A program made the position numbers and the translations under genes. A stretch of 32,000 nucleotides of DNA, from assembly GCA_000166095.1 (NCBI GenBank), contig CP002278.1:960001-992000 (forward strand), written 5' to 3'. The notes beneath the pieces were generated by a model that had not been told where the DNA came from, did not search any database, and was given only the letters and a program-made list of their open reading frames with translations. Of the stretch, positions 20,925 to 30,315 are shown piece by piece; the first letter of the stretch is position 1, and each line of letters opens with the position of its first letter. The stretch is from Methanothermus fervidus DSM 2088 (GTDB lineage Archaea; Methanobacteriota; Methanobacteria; DSM-2088; Methanothermaceae).

Positions 20925-21686
20925 TTATCTTAGAATATCATGCATCATCCAAAATTGATTCAATGTTTTCCATTTTCCATGTAATATAGCGTTTTTTGTA
21001 AATTTACATGCATCTTTAATAGATTTAATTTTGCTATTGCCTCTATCCAAGTATGCAGCAACTGCAGCAGAAAAAGTACAGCCAGTCCCATGAGTATTCT
21101 CACTCTCTATAAGTTTACTTTTTATTATTTTAATTTTTCCATCAATGTAAACAATATTTTTACCTGCTAGATCACCGCCAGTTATCACAACATCGCAAAA
21201 TTCACCAATTTTTTTAGCAGCTTTTTTTGCATCGTTAATATTATTTATACTAATCCCTGAAAGTTTTTCAGCCTCAAATTTATTTGGAGTAACTAAACTT
21301 GCCCTTGGCAGCAAATGTTTTTTCAACGCCTTAATAATACTTGATTCAGATAATGAATAACCAGATTCAGAAACCATAACCGGGTCCACAACAGCCTTTA
21401 AATTATATTCTTTAATTTTTTTAGATACGACTTTAACAATGTCCTTTGTATATAACATCCCTGTTTTACAATATTTTATAGGTAATTCCTCAAGTATAAT
21501 ATCTATTTGTTCTGAAATAAAATCTGGAGGAAGAGATAATATCTTTGATACTCTCTTTGTATTTTGCACTGTTAATGCAGTTATTACTGCTGCACCATAA
21601 CTTCCAATAGAAGAAAATGTTTTAATATCATTTAAAATTCCAGCACCGCCTGAAGGATCAAACCCTGCTATTGAAAGAGTTACCAT
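20925..21686 (-). CDS. thiD: Hydroxymethylpyrimidine (phosphate) kinase
   Basis: LSIAGFDPSGGAGILNDIKTFSSIGSYGAAVITALTVQNT...DPVMVSESGY...NKFEAEKLSG...GTGCTFSAA. Confidence 0.93.
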   Translation of the reverse strand: MVTLSIAGFDPSGGAGILNDIKTFSSIGSYGAAVITALTVQNTKRVSKILSLPPDFISEQIDIILEELPIKYCKTGMLYTKDIVKVVSKKIKEYNLKAVVDPVMVSESGYSLSESSIIKALKKHLLPRASLVTPNKFEAEKLSGISINNINDAKKAAKKIGEFCDVVITGGDLAGKNIVYIDGKIKIIKSKLIESENTHGTGCTFSAAVAAYLDRGNSKIKSIKDACKFTKNAILHGKWKTLNQFWMMHDILR

Positions 21687-22336
21687 TTCTCTCGTTCCAC
21701 CTTTAATCTTATATTCCCATGCCAAGGTTTAACTGAAAATCCAAGTTTCTTAAGATATTTGTATGTCGATGTTCCTCTGCCATGAAGTAAAATTTCACCT
21801 AAATCTTCTTTTGTGTTGACATCTACTGAAAGATAAAATGAATCATATACATAAAAGCTGAGATTTCTTTTTTTAGCTTCTTCTATATGTTTAAAGAAAC
21901 TTAATTCTCCAAATCTTAAAGGTATAGCTTTTGGTTCTAAGAGAAGAGCATTAGTTCCACCACCTTTAGAAGGAGCAATGACTATGTCATATTCTTTACC
22001 TTTATTTATTAAAGTATGTATATCGCATTTAAGAACAAGAGGAACATCTGCAGGAATTATTAGTACTTTGTCAAAATCTCTATATTCATCTATTGCTTTT
22101 TCCAAAGCACCATTTAATTCAATTATTTCACTTTCTTCAAATATTTCTACCCCTATTTCATACCCAAACTCTAATATATTTTCATCAGAACTTACTATAA
22201 CTATTTCATCAACAAAATTATTTAATGCAGATGTTACATCACGTATCATTGCCTTTAACAAATTTTCTCTTTCAGCAGTTGATAATATAGTAGATAAACG
22301 CGTTTTAGCGCGTGGAAGTTCTGAGACTGGTATCAT
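21680..22336 (-). CDS. cofC: 2-phospho-L-lactate guanylyltransferase
   Basis: MIPVSELPRAKTRLSTILSTAERENLLKAMIRDV...LIIPADVPL...APSKGGGTNALLL. The ATG at 22336 is preferred. Confidence 0.9.
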   Translation of the reverse strand: MIPVSELPRAKTRLSTILSTAERENLLKAMIRDVTSALNNFVDEIVIVSSDENILEFGYEIGVEIFEESEIIELNGALEKAIDEYRDFDKVLIIPADVPLVLKCDIHTLINKGKEYDIVIAPSKGGGTNALLLEPKAIPLRFGELSFFKHIEEAKKRNLSFYVYDSFYLSVDVNTKEDLGEILLHGRGTSTYKYLKKLGFSVKPWHGNIRLKVEREKW

Positions 22337-22362
22337 TGAGCATGTACGCATTTTAGATTCTC

Positions 22363-23010
22363 CTATTTTTGGAAAAATTGTTTAAATCTATTTATTATTT
22401 CTTGCAATAAATTTTTACTTATATTTTGAATGTTAAAACTACTACTCATGTTTTTACTAAATTCTGCCTCCATCTTGTAAATCTTTTCTTGCAGTGTATC
22501 ATATGAAATATTATTTTTTGATACAAAAGCTAAACTTTCTCCTGAATATGGATCATAATTTGTGCCCCTCACCAACAACCATATTTTAAGTTGTGTATCA
22601 GTTATATTTTCCTGGTTGGTCCAATTGGTAGAAGAAATTACATAACTTATAGCTTCTGGTGCATACCCATCAGCTTTCAAATGTTCTCCTTTTATAGCAC
22701 ATGTTTCAGGTTCTATACAAAATGCAGGCACATCTGCATATGTATGCGGTACTAAAATATCATCTTTTGCAATTACTAAATCTTGTGATTGGTTGCTTTC
22801 AAGTATTGTGCCTTTTTTAACATAAATTGGAAAGTACTTATTATTGTATATACGAACTTGATGTGGAACAGTTCCAGCAGGTGTAAGTTGAACAATATCC
22901 ACATTTTTCATTTTTTCAAGAGTTAGTTCATTTAAAGAATAATTTAATCCCCCTGGTATCAAAGCAAACAAAATTATAAATAAAATTACTAAAAATATTC
23001 TAACATTCAA
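22363..23010 (-). CDS. Secreted/anchored protein of unknown function
   Basis: N-terminal hydrophobic helix MNVRIFLVILFIILFALIPGG; central VPAFCIEP and later TDTQLKIWLLVRG. Confidence 0.6.
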   Translation of the reverse strand: MNVRIFLVILFIILFALIPGGLNYSLNELTLEKMKNVDIVQLTPAGTVPHQVRIYNNKYFPIYVKKGTILESNQSQDLVIAKDDILVPHTYADVPAFCIEPETCAIKGEHLKADGYAPEAISYVISSTNWTNQENITDTQLKIWLLVRGTNYDPYSGESLAFVSKNNISYDTLQEKIYKMEAEFSKNMSSSFNIQNISKNLLQEIINRFKQFFQK

Positions 23011-23021
23011 TTAAAATACCT

Positions 23022-24422
23022 CTAATATGTTTTTGCAAGTAAAACTTTGTATTTTCCATCTTCATTACAATTTAAACATTTTCCTGATGATTTACCTTCT
23101 ATACCAAGCATGTCTGCCTTTATTTTTTCTTCTAAATTTTTACCACAGTTTTCATTACCACACCAAATAACTCTAACAACGCCTTTCCCATTATTTATTA
23201 TATCTTTACATTTTTTGATATCATCTACATCATATATCTTCTTTTTCATTTTCTCCCAAGCTCTCTTTCTCATATCATTGTTCATCTTTTCAATAATAGA
23301 TTTTATATTTTCAACAAAATTATCATCAAACTTAACATCCATTTTCTCTCCAGAATCTCTCCTTACTACAACTACTTTATTTTTTTCGATATCTTTAGGT
23401 CCTATTTCTATTCTCAATGGTATTCCTTTCATCTCCCATTCATAAAATTTACGTCCAGCTCTTATGTCTCTGTCATCCAAATGTACTTTCAATTTCCCTT
23501 CTTTTAATTTCTTTTCAACATTTTTACAAAATTCTAAAACTTCTTCTTCTGTTTCTTTAAATATTATAGGAACTATTACTATTTGTATTGGAGCAATTTT
23601 TGGTGGTAAACAAAGACCTTTTTCATCTCCATGGATGCTAATCACTGAAGCAATTACTCTATCTGAAACACCATAACATGTTTGATAAGCATGCTCATGT
23701 TTACCTTCTTCTGTTTCAAATGTTATATCAAAAGTCTTTGAAAAATTCTGACCAAGGTTATGGATAGTACCTATTTGTAAGGTCCTACCATCAGGCATAA
23801 GAGTATCAAATGCTATTGTATATACAGCTCCAGGGAATTTATCCCATTCAGGACGTTTTGTAATCAAATAGGGAATACCTAATGAATCGAAAAAGGTTTT
23901 ATATATATTTATAGCCTTTTTAACTTGTTTTTCTGCTCCTTCTAATGTCTTATGGACTGTATGAGCCTCTTTAAATGTAGTTATTTCTCTAATCCTTATC
24001 AATGGTCTAGTGTGTTTTGTCTCATATCTAAAAGTATTTACAATTTGATAAACTTTTAATGGTAAATCTTTGTGTGTCCTTATCCACAAAGAAAACATAG
24101 GATACATTGCTGTTTCACTTGTTGGTCTTAAAGCTAATTTTCTTTTTAATTTTGCTTTTCCTCCATGAGTTACCCAATAAACTTCGTCTTCAAATCCTTT
24201 TATATGTATAGATTCTTTCATCAATTCTTCTTCTGGTATTAATAATGGGAAAAGAACTTCGTCATGATCTTCATCAAGTAATTTTCTTAAAGTTTCAATG
24301 ATTTTTTTTCTAATTTTGAAGCCATAGGGGAGCCATGCATGCATTCCTTTAACTGGATACCTAGAATCTATTATTTCAGCATTTTCTAGTATTTCATGAT
24401 ACCATTCGCTAAAATTTTCCAT
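23022..24422 (-). CDS. proS: Prolyl-tRNA synthetase, archaeal/eukaryotic type
   Basis: [38 protein letters not shown]...[48 protein letters not shown]. Confidence 0.96.
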   Translation of the reverse strand: MENFSEWYHEILENAEIIDSRYPVKGMHAWLPYGFKIRKKIIETLRKLLDEDHDEVLFPLLIPEEELMKESIHIKGFEDEVYWVTHGGKAKLKRKLALRPTSETAMYPMFSLWIRTHKDLPLKVYQIVNTFRYETKHTRPLIRIREITTFKEAHTVHKTLEGAEKQVKKAINIYKTFFDSLGIPYLITKRPEWDKFPGAVYTIAFDTLMPDGRTLQIGTIHNLGQNFSKTFDITFETEEGKHEHAYQTCYGVSDRVIASVISIHGDEKGLCLPPKIAPIQIVIVPIIFKETEEEVLEFCKNVEKKLKEGKLKVHLDDRDIRAGRKFYEWEMKGIPLRIEIGPKDIEKNKVVVVRRDSGEKMDVKFDDNFVENIKSIIEKMNNDMRKRAWEKMKKKIYDVDDIKKCKDIINNGKGVVRVIWCGNENCGKNLEEKIKADMLGIEGKSSGKCLNCNEDGKYKVLLAKTY

Positions 24423-24496
24423 CCTATCCACCTTATTTTAGACATTTTACTTAAATTGTGATTAAAATAAGAATAAAAAGTAGAAAAAGGAAGTAG

Positions 24497-24571
24497 CGGA
24501 CCCGGCGGGATTTGAACCCGCGATCTTCGGATTAGAAGTCCGACGCCCTATCCAGGCTAGGCCACGGGCCC
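24497..24571 (-). tRNA. tRNA-Arg (TCT)
   Basis: Minus-strand GGGCCCGTGGCCTAGCCTGGATAGGGCGTCGGACTTCTAATCCGAAGATCGCGGGTTCAAATCCCGCCGGGTCCG; loop CTTCTAA. Confidence 0.96.
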
Positions 24572-25323
24572 TACAGATAGATAGGTAATTCTGGTTCTTT
24601 TTGTTGTTGTTTCTGTACTTTTTCAGCTAATCTTTTTAATCTTGATTCTATTTTTTTGGCTTCATCTAATAATGGTTGAGGATCAACTTCAATATCAGCA
24701 ATTTTATTTAGTAACTCTATAACGTTTGCAGCAGCCCTAGGATCAGGGTATGGACTGATAACTTCAGCAAATATACATGATGCAGGTATGTTTTTTGTTT
24801 TACATTTAGTTAGTAAAGTACCTGCCAGCCCTGCAATTATACCTGATTTTAAAGTTGGTACTCCTAGTTTTTCAAATCTTTTTAAGGATTGATCATTATT
24901 ACCTGCACCAACTATTTTTGGTGCACCGCCTCTTGCCAAAACACTACTAATAGTTATTACTTCCCTACTATTATTTTTTTCTACCCACTCAACTATAATA
25001 TTTGTTATATCGAACACTGAATCGCTGGGGATGAGGAAATCTGATAAGAATAATACTATGTCATCCCCACCATACATCCTAAATGGATGTAATGCTTTTC
25101 CTTCCTTTAATACAGCTACAGGTGGTAATTTTTTAGATTCTATATATCCTATTTCTTTTAGACCTAAATCTTCTATAACTCTCCATCCAACTATATTACC
25201 TATTAATCCAATGTTTGGAGATCCCTCTATTACTAATGCATCTTCTATAGAATTTTTACAAACTAATCTACAATCTCCACTTTCTATTATTTTATCCTCC
25301 AGGGGCACCTCCCGCTCCTCCAA
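24571..25323 (-). CDS. PAC2-family proteasome assembly chaperone, C-terminal HbYX-like IYL
   Basis: ALVIEGSPNIGLIGNIVGWRVIEDLGLKEIGYI...SVLARGG...GIIAGLAGTLL...; ends ...EPELPIYL. Confidence 0.87.
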   Translation of the reverse strand: MEEREVPLEDKIIESGDCRLVCKNSIEDALVIEGSPNIGLIGNIVGWRVIEDLGLKEIGYIESKKLPPVAVLKEGKALHPFRMYGGDDIVLFLSDFLIPSDSVFDITNIIVEWVEKNNSREVITISSVLARGGAPKIVGAGNNDQSLKRFEKLGVPTLKSGIIAGLAGTLLTKCKTKNIPASCIFAEVISPYPDPRAAANVIELLNKIADIEVDPQPLLDEAKKIESRLKRLAEKVQKQQQKEPELPIYL

Positions 25324-25732
25324 GGTTTTTACCTGTTTTTACATCTATGTATATTTCACCAACTTGTTTTCCATTTTTGATCACTGGAACAACATAAACT
25401 GGTTTTCCATCAATGTAAACAATTTTTGGAGATCCTGGGGATGCTCCAGGTTCCTCTATGTATTTACTTGCTATATTTTTTGCGTTTTCATGTCCTATTT
25501 CTGTAGATTCCTTATCACCTTTTTTTGGGTTATTACCTTCCTCTGTGCTCATAACATTTTTGTTTTTTGATCCTTCATTTATATTTTTTGGTTTATTTAT
25601 ATTTTCTCCAAAATTTTTTGTTGGGTTACCTACCCCTTGGAACACATGGTGTAGAATATTATATCCAGCTATAACTACCCCTATCATACCTATAACTAAT
25701 ATAGCTAAAGCAATACTTTTCTTTGAATTCAC
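25292..25732 (-). CDS. Membrane-anchored PepSY-like domain protein
   Basis: N-terminal helix IALAILVIGMIGVVIAGY, low-complexity Asn/Lys linker, then ENAKNIASKYIEEPGASPGSPKIVYIDGKPVYVVPVIKNGKQVGEIYIDVKTGK. Confidence 0.6.
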   Translation of the reverse strand: MNSKKSIALAILVIGMIGVVIAGYNILHHVFQGVGNPTKNFGENINKPKNINEGSKNKNVMSTEEGNNPKKGDKESTEIGHENAKNIASKYIEEPGASPGSPKIVYIDGKPVYVVPVIKNGKQVGEIYIDVKTGKNLGGAGGAPGG

Positions 25733-26014
25733 TTTTATCCCACCTTCTCCATAAATCATTTTCTTGAGTTTCTCCTATATAAATTTTTTTTAACATAATT
25801 TGAATGTTGAACTGTGAAGCCATAAGACCTTATTACCTTAAATATATCCCCCAAATTTATTCTTATATTTGAAAAATTGTAAAAAATTGTTATTTTCTAA
25901 GAAAGTCAAATTCTTTTTAGTTTTCAAAAAAGAAAATATTTTTAAGTTTAAATAAAAAATTATACACAGTTAAATTTTTAACTCAAAAACCTTTAAAGAT
26001 GGAGGAGAATCAAG

Positions 26015-26704
26015 TTGCGTAAATTTATGATTTTCATTGCAATCATTGCTGTATATCTAATACATGTTCACTATGTTGTGGCTAATGGACCCTTCATTCC
26101 ATTAGGTAGATTAGCCTTTGTTAAATTAGCAAATCCAGATATGTATCCAGGACATCCACATTCTAAAGTTCTTGCAGAATATGCAAAAAAATATGGATCA
26201 AAATGTGCATTAGTTGTTCACTATTGTGGAGGTTCTAATTATCGTCATTATATGGAAGGAGATGTACTTATAATACAACTTGCTTACATTGAAAAAAATA
26301 AACCTTATACAACTACAATAAACTGGTCTGAGGTATGGAGAGAAGGTATATATGGAATACCAGATAATGAATGGGAATATAAGGCAGATGGAAAAGTATT
26401 TAAAAATTTGGATGATGCATTATCCTATGTTGAAGAATTAGCTAAAAGAAATGGACAAAAGGGTCCAATACCTTTAGTCTACCATGGTACAGTGCGTGAA
26501 GGAAATGTAATAATTAATCAGGGCTGTGGTTTTCCTCTTTACTACTACTTGTTAAGAAAAGAATATGGACCACTAGTAGCTTATTATTATGTTATTAAAG
26601 GAATATTATTCCCTTACTTCAATTTACCATATAGAGATTTTGAAATTAGAAATGCACCTCTCCTACAATTCTACTATACAAACAACATGCTTAACTATGA
26701 GTAG
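26015..26704 (+). CDS. Putative secreted protein, no recognised family
   Basis: Signal-peptide-like MRKFMIFIAIIAVYLIHVHYVVANG; well-behaved 230-codon ORF; GGAGGAG Shine-Dalgarno upstream. Confidence 0.65.
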   Translation: MRKFMIFIAIIAVYLIHVHYVVANGPFIPLGRLAFVKLANPDMYPGHPHSKVLAEYAKKYGSKCALVVHYCGGSNYRHYMEGDVLIIQLAYIEKNKPYTTTINWSEVWREGIYGIPDNEWEYKADGKVFKNLDDALSYVEELAKRNGQKGPIPLVYHGTVREGNVIINQGCGFPLYYYLLRKEYGPLVAYYYVIKGILFPYFNLPYRDFEIRNAPLLQFYYTNNMLNYE

Positions 26705-27839
26705 CATTGGAAAGTTTCCTTATCACTTTTTTAATAGTTTCAACTGGAGCATCTGTTTTAATGCCTACGGGGCTATAATGTGTTCTTGTTGCACGGAATC
26801 CAAGCTCTCTTAGAGAATTTATAATTTTGTCTATTTTTGGGGCGCTAATTCTTAAATCACTACATATTCTATGAACATCATAATATGTGGCAGGCATTTC
26901 ACATTCCTGCGAACAAACTTCAATAAATTTTAAAATTTTTTGATTGGCATAACTAACTATAGACTTCCTAATTTCTTTAACAAATTCAGGATCATAAACC
27001 TTGCCAACCCACAATGGCCCACCAACATGTAGTTTATGGCCACAGGATGGACATTCTGAAGGATGTTGGTAGCTTAGTCCAGCACGTGTTTCTCTATAAA
27101 AACAATTATTACAATGTAAAATAAAACCTATGTTTTTGTCAATACATTTATCTGTCTTTTTAGCTCCTTTTTTTACCTTTAAATATAGTCGTACATAATG
27201 TTTGGTACTATGTGAAAATTTTGGAACAATGTACTTGTCATATTTTGCTCCATTCATTGCAACAAAAGCCATAAGTATACGCACAGCATTTTCATGGCAA
27301 TATTCTGTTTTTAATGGTACTGAATTGTATTTTCTAATACATGCAGTTCTATAGGTCCCACACAATGCTGATGTATCAGTTGCAGTTATACATAATAGGG
27401 AATCTCGTTTTGCAGAATAAAGTGTTGAATCAATGAAAGGTGAAGGTGTCCCAAAAGGATCTATATCTATAATATCAAATTTACCTCTGTTCTTCCTCAA
27501 AAATATATTGGCTTCTTCTTGTGAAACTTCAGCTTCAATATTATTTAAAGCTACATTTTTCTTTATAAATTTTACAGCTGTTTCATCTATATCATTTATA
27601 AAAACTTTATTTACATTTTTAACTTCTTTAAAATACCTTATACCACGTATACCACTTGCACCAAAAGTATCAGCAACAGATATTTCCTTATTGATTTCTT
27701 TTTGGAATTGTTGCAATATAATTACAGATAAGTCTCTATCAAATTTCATTGCAGGATTATAAAATACAGGAGCTTCTGACGATACTTTTTTGAATTTTGG
27801 AATTTTTATCTTTACTTTACCCTCTCTAATTGTTTCCAT
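26691..27839 (-). CDS. trm1: tRNA (guanine26-N2)-dimethyltransferase
   Basis: METIREGKVKI...PVFYNPAMKFDRDLSV...DTFGASGIRGIRYFKEV...DIDPFGTPSPFIDS...; ATG at 27839. Confidence 0.95.
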   Translation of the reverse strand: METIREGKVKIKIPKFKKVSSEAPVFYNPAMKFDRDLSVIILQQFQKEINKEISVADTFGASGIRGIRYFKEVKNVNKVFINDIDETAVKFIKKNVALNNIEAEVSQEEANIFLRKNRGKFDIIDIDPFGTPSPFIDSTLYSAKRDSLLCITATDTSALCGTYRTACIRKYNSVPLKTEYCHENAVRILMAFVAMNGAKYDKYIVPKFSHSTKHYVRLYLKVKKGAKKTDKCIDKNIGFILHCNNCFYRETRAGLSYQHPSECPSCGHKLHVGGPLWVGKVYDPEFVKEIRKSIVSYANQKILKFIEVCSQECEMPATYYDVHRICSDLRISAPKIDKIINSLRELGFRATRTHYSPVGIKTDAPVETIKKVIRKLSNATHS

Positions 27840-27925
27840 CCTATCACCAAAAAAGTTTTTTATTAAAAAATCGGAATAAATTAATTTTTGAAAAAGGTTT
27901 TTAATCAAATGGTAGGGGAGAATGA

Positions 27926-28837
27926 ATGTCAAAATTTTTGCTAAGAGTAAAAGAAGGAAAAAATGAATGGTGGAGATATCTAATAACTATAATACTGACA
28001 TTTGGTTCTCCAATAATTCCAGGCATGTTTCTAGGGATTGTATTTGTCTTTACACAAAATTTTCAAATTCTTAAATCTTCATTATTCCTGTTAATATTAC
28101 TTGGTATAACCTATTTCACTAGTTTTATATTCTTTTGTATATCTGTTAGATATATCCATGGTAGAAAACTCATATCATTGGTAAATAGTTACAACAAAAT
28201 AAGATGGAAAAGAATTTTCAAGGGAGCTATCATTTGGTTCTTAATCTTAATAATTACAGACATAATAATTTACTTTATAAACCCTGCTAATTATAAATTT
28301 AACTATAGTTCTACCTTCTTCCTTTTATTATTACTTTCTCTAATTATTTTCCCTGTGCAGGCAACTTTTGAAGAATTATTTTTTAGAGGATATTTGATGC
28401 AGGCATTAAGTTTGAAATTTAAAAAACCTTTAACTATAATTCTAATTACTTCTATAATATTTGGAATTTTACATTGGTTTAATGCATTCAAAATTTCCCA
28501 AAGTTTTTCGATTGCCATGGCTGCCACAATTTTAGGCATAATTTTGGGGATTGTAACAATATCTGATGAAGGTATAGAATTAGCTGTTGGTGTCCATATT
28601 ATTAACAACATTTATGCATCTTCTTTCCACAGTTCTTATGATGTCGATATAGGAAATCTTCCATCATTGATTACAAGTCCATATGATCCAATATTTGGCA
28701 TAATACATGCGATTATGATGTCTTTAATGTTTCTAGCGATAATAAAGCCAAACCTAAGTGTTTTAACATCTTCTATAAATCAAGTAAAGGAGGTAAAAAA
28801 CCATGATACCTATTTCAAAACCAATGATAGGAGATGA
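27926..28837 (+). CDS. CPBP-family intramembrane metalloprotease
   Basis: Multi-helix membrane protein with [14 protein letters not shown] (EExxxR) and FGILHWFNA (HxxxN/H-type). Confidence 0.88.
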   Translation: MSKFLLRVKEGKNEWWRYLITIILTFGSPIIPGMFLGIVFVFTQNFQILKSSLFLLILLGITYFTSFIFFCISVRYIHGRKLISLVNSYNKIRWKRIFKGAIIWFLILIITDIIIYFINPANYKFNYSSTFFLLLLLSLIIFPVQATFEELFFRGYLMQALSLKFKKPLTIILITSIIFGILHWFNAFKISQSFSIAMAATILGIILGIVTISDEGIELAVGVHIINNIYASSFHSSYDVDIGNLPSLITSPYDPIFGIIHAIMMSLMFLAIIKPNLSVLTSSINQVKEVKNHDTYFKTNDRR

Positions 28838-29885
28838 AGAGATCAACGAAGTTATAAACGTGCTAAAGTCAGGGCAAATAGCACAGGGGCCAATGGTAGA
28901 AAAATTTGAAAAAAAATTTGCTAAATATGTTGGAACAAAATATGCTGTAGCTACAAGCTCAGGCACGACTGCATTACACTTATCTTTGTTGGCTATAGGA
29001 ATAAATAAAGGCGATGAAGTTATAACAACTCCATTCACTTTCAGTGCTACTTCAAATTCAATATTATATGTGGGGGCAAAACCTGTTTTTGTTGATATAG
29101 ATCTTAGAACCTATAACATAGACCCTAACAAGATTGAAGAAGCTATAACTGATAAAACTAAAGCAATAATTCCTGTACATCTTTATGGTCATCCTGCAGA
29201 CATGGACCCTATATTAGAAATTGCTGAAGAATATTCATTATATGTAATCGAAGACGCTGCTCAGGCACATGGAGCTATTTACAAAGGAAGTAAAGTAGGT
29301 ACTTTTGGAGATGCCGCATGCTTCAGTTTTTACCCAACTAAAAATATTACAACTGGAGAAGGAGGAATGGTAACTACAAACAATAAAAAACTGGCAGAGA
29401 AAATCAAAATACTTAGAAATCATGGAGAAGTAGAAAGATACAATCAAATAATGCTTGGGTATAATTTTAGGATGACTGATGTAGAAGCTGCAATAGGTAT
29501 ACATCAATTAAAAAAATTAGATAAATTTAATGAAATCAGAATTAAAAATGCAAAATATTTAACAGAACATCTGGAAAAATTGGATATAATAACTCCAGAA
29601 GAAGTTGGTAATGTTAAGCATGTTTATCATCAATATACAATAAGAGTTCCTAAGAGAGACAGATGGGTTAAATGTTTTGAAAAGGAAGGTATAAATGTTG
29701 GAATATATTATCCAAGGCCTGTTTATAAACAAGAATTTTATAGGAAAATGGGTTATAAATGTAAATGTGTAAATGCAGAAAAAGCTTCTAAAGAAGTACT
29801 TTCGTTGCCAGTGCACCCTGCTTTAACTGAGAATGATCTTGATAAAATTGTTGAAGTATCTAAGGATTGTAGCAAATTAATTTAA
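28803..29885 (+). CDS. DegT/DnrJ/EryC1/StrS family PLP-dependent aminotransferase
   Basis: [54 protein letters not shown]...[11 protein letters not shown]...[16 protein letters not shown]. Confidence 0.94.
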   Translation: MIPISKPMIGDEEINEVINVLKSGQIAQGPMVEKFEKKFAKYVGTKYAVATSSGTTALHLSLLAIGINKGDEVITTPFTFSATSNSILYVGAKPVFVDIDLRTYNIDPNKIEEAITDKTKAIIPVHLYGHPADMDPILEIAEEYSLYVIEDAAQAHGAIYKGSKVGTFGDAACFSFYPTKNITTGEGGMVTTNNKKLAEKIKILRNHGEVERYNQIMLGYNFRMTDVEAAIGIHQLKKLDKFNEIRIKNAKYLTEHLEKLDIITPEEVGNVKHVYHQYTIRVPKRDRWVKCFEKEGINVGIYYPRPVYKQEFYRKMGYKCKCVNAEKASKEVLSLPVHPALTENDLDKIVEVSKDCSKLI

Positions 29886-30310
29886 TATATCTGATAATAT
29901 TTTAATCAGCTTGTTACCAGCTTTTTTAACTTCATAAGAAATTTTAGTATCTATATTTAAATTCTTTGGTTGTATTCCAACCAATCCTATCTTATAATTT
30001 CCTTGTGATTCTAGATATTTTATTGTATAGGAAAGTGGAATGCTATGTGTAGAAGACATCTCATATTCTGCTATTTCTTTTTTATCAATGAATTCTATTT
30101 TACCAGGTTTTTTGCCCATGTTTATAGCATCTATAATAAGTATATGACTAGGATCTTCAATCTTTATTTTCCATGTAAATTTATCAGGGGCTGTTCCAGC
30201 ATTTAACAAAACAACTTTTTTGTTGTTTGGTAATCTTGAAACAATGTAGGGACCTATACCATCATCTGACCTCAATTCATTTCCAATGCCTAAAATTAAT
30301 GCTTTTTCAT
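29877..30310 (-). CDS. HycI-like hydrogenase maturation protease; start region disrupted or non-canonical
   Basis: Reading past the ORF-track start gives [21 protein letters not shown]...NAGTAPDKF...[12 protein letters not shown]; the ATG at 30308-30310 is one base out of frame. Confidence 0.72.
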
Positions 30311-30315
30311 AGTCT

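Noticed and set aside
21978-22385. Plus-strand ORF of 135 aa opposite cofC
   Set aside because: Lies antisense to a recognisable CofC gene and has no recognisable motif.
24432-24471. Inverted repeat CTTATTTTA...TAAAATAAG upstream of proS
   Set aside because: A 23-nt loop and pure A/T arms are expected by chance at this base composition.
25031-25754. Plus-strand ORFs (25031..25570, 25458..25754) opposite the PAC2 and PepSY-like genes
   Set aside because: Antisense artefacts; hydrophobic runs reflect complements of Lys/Asn codons.
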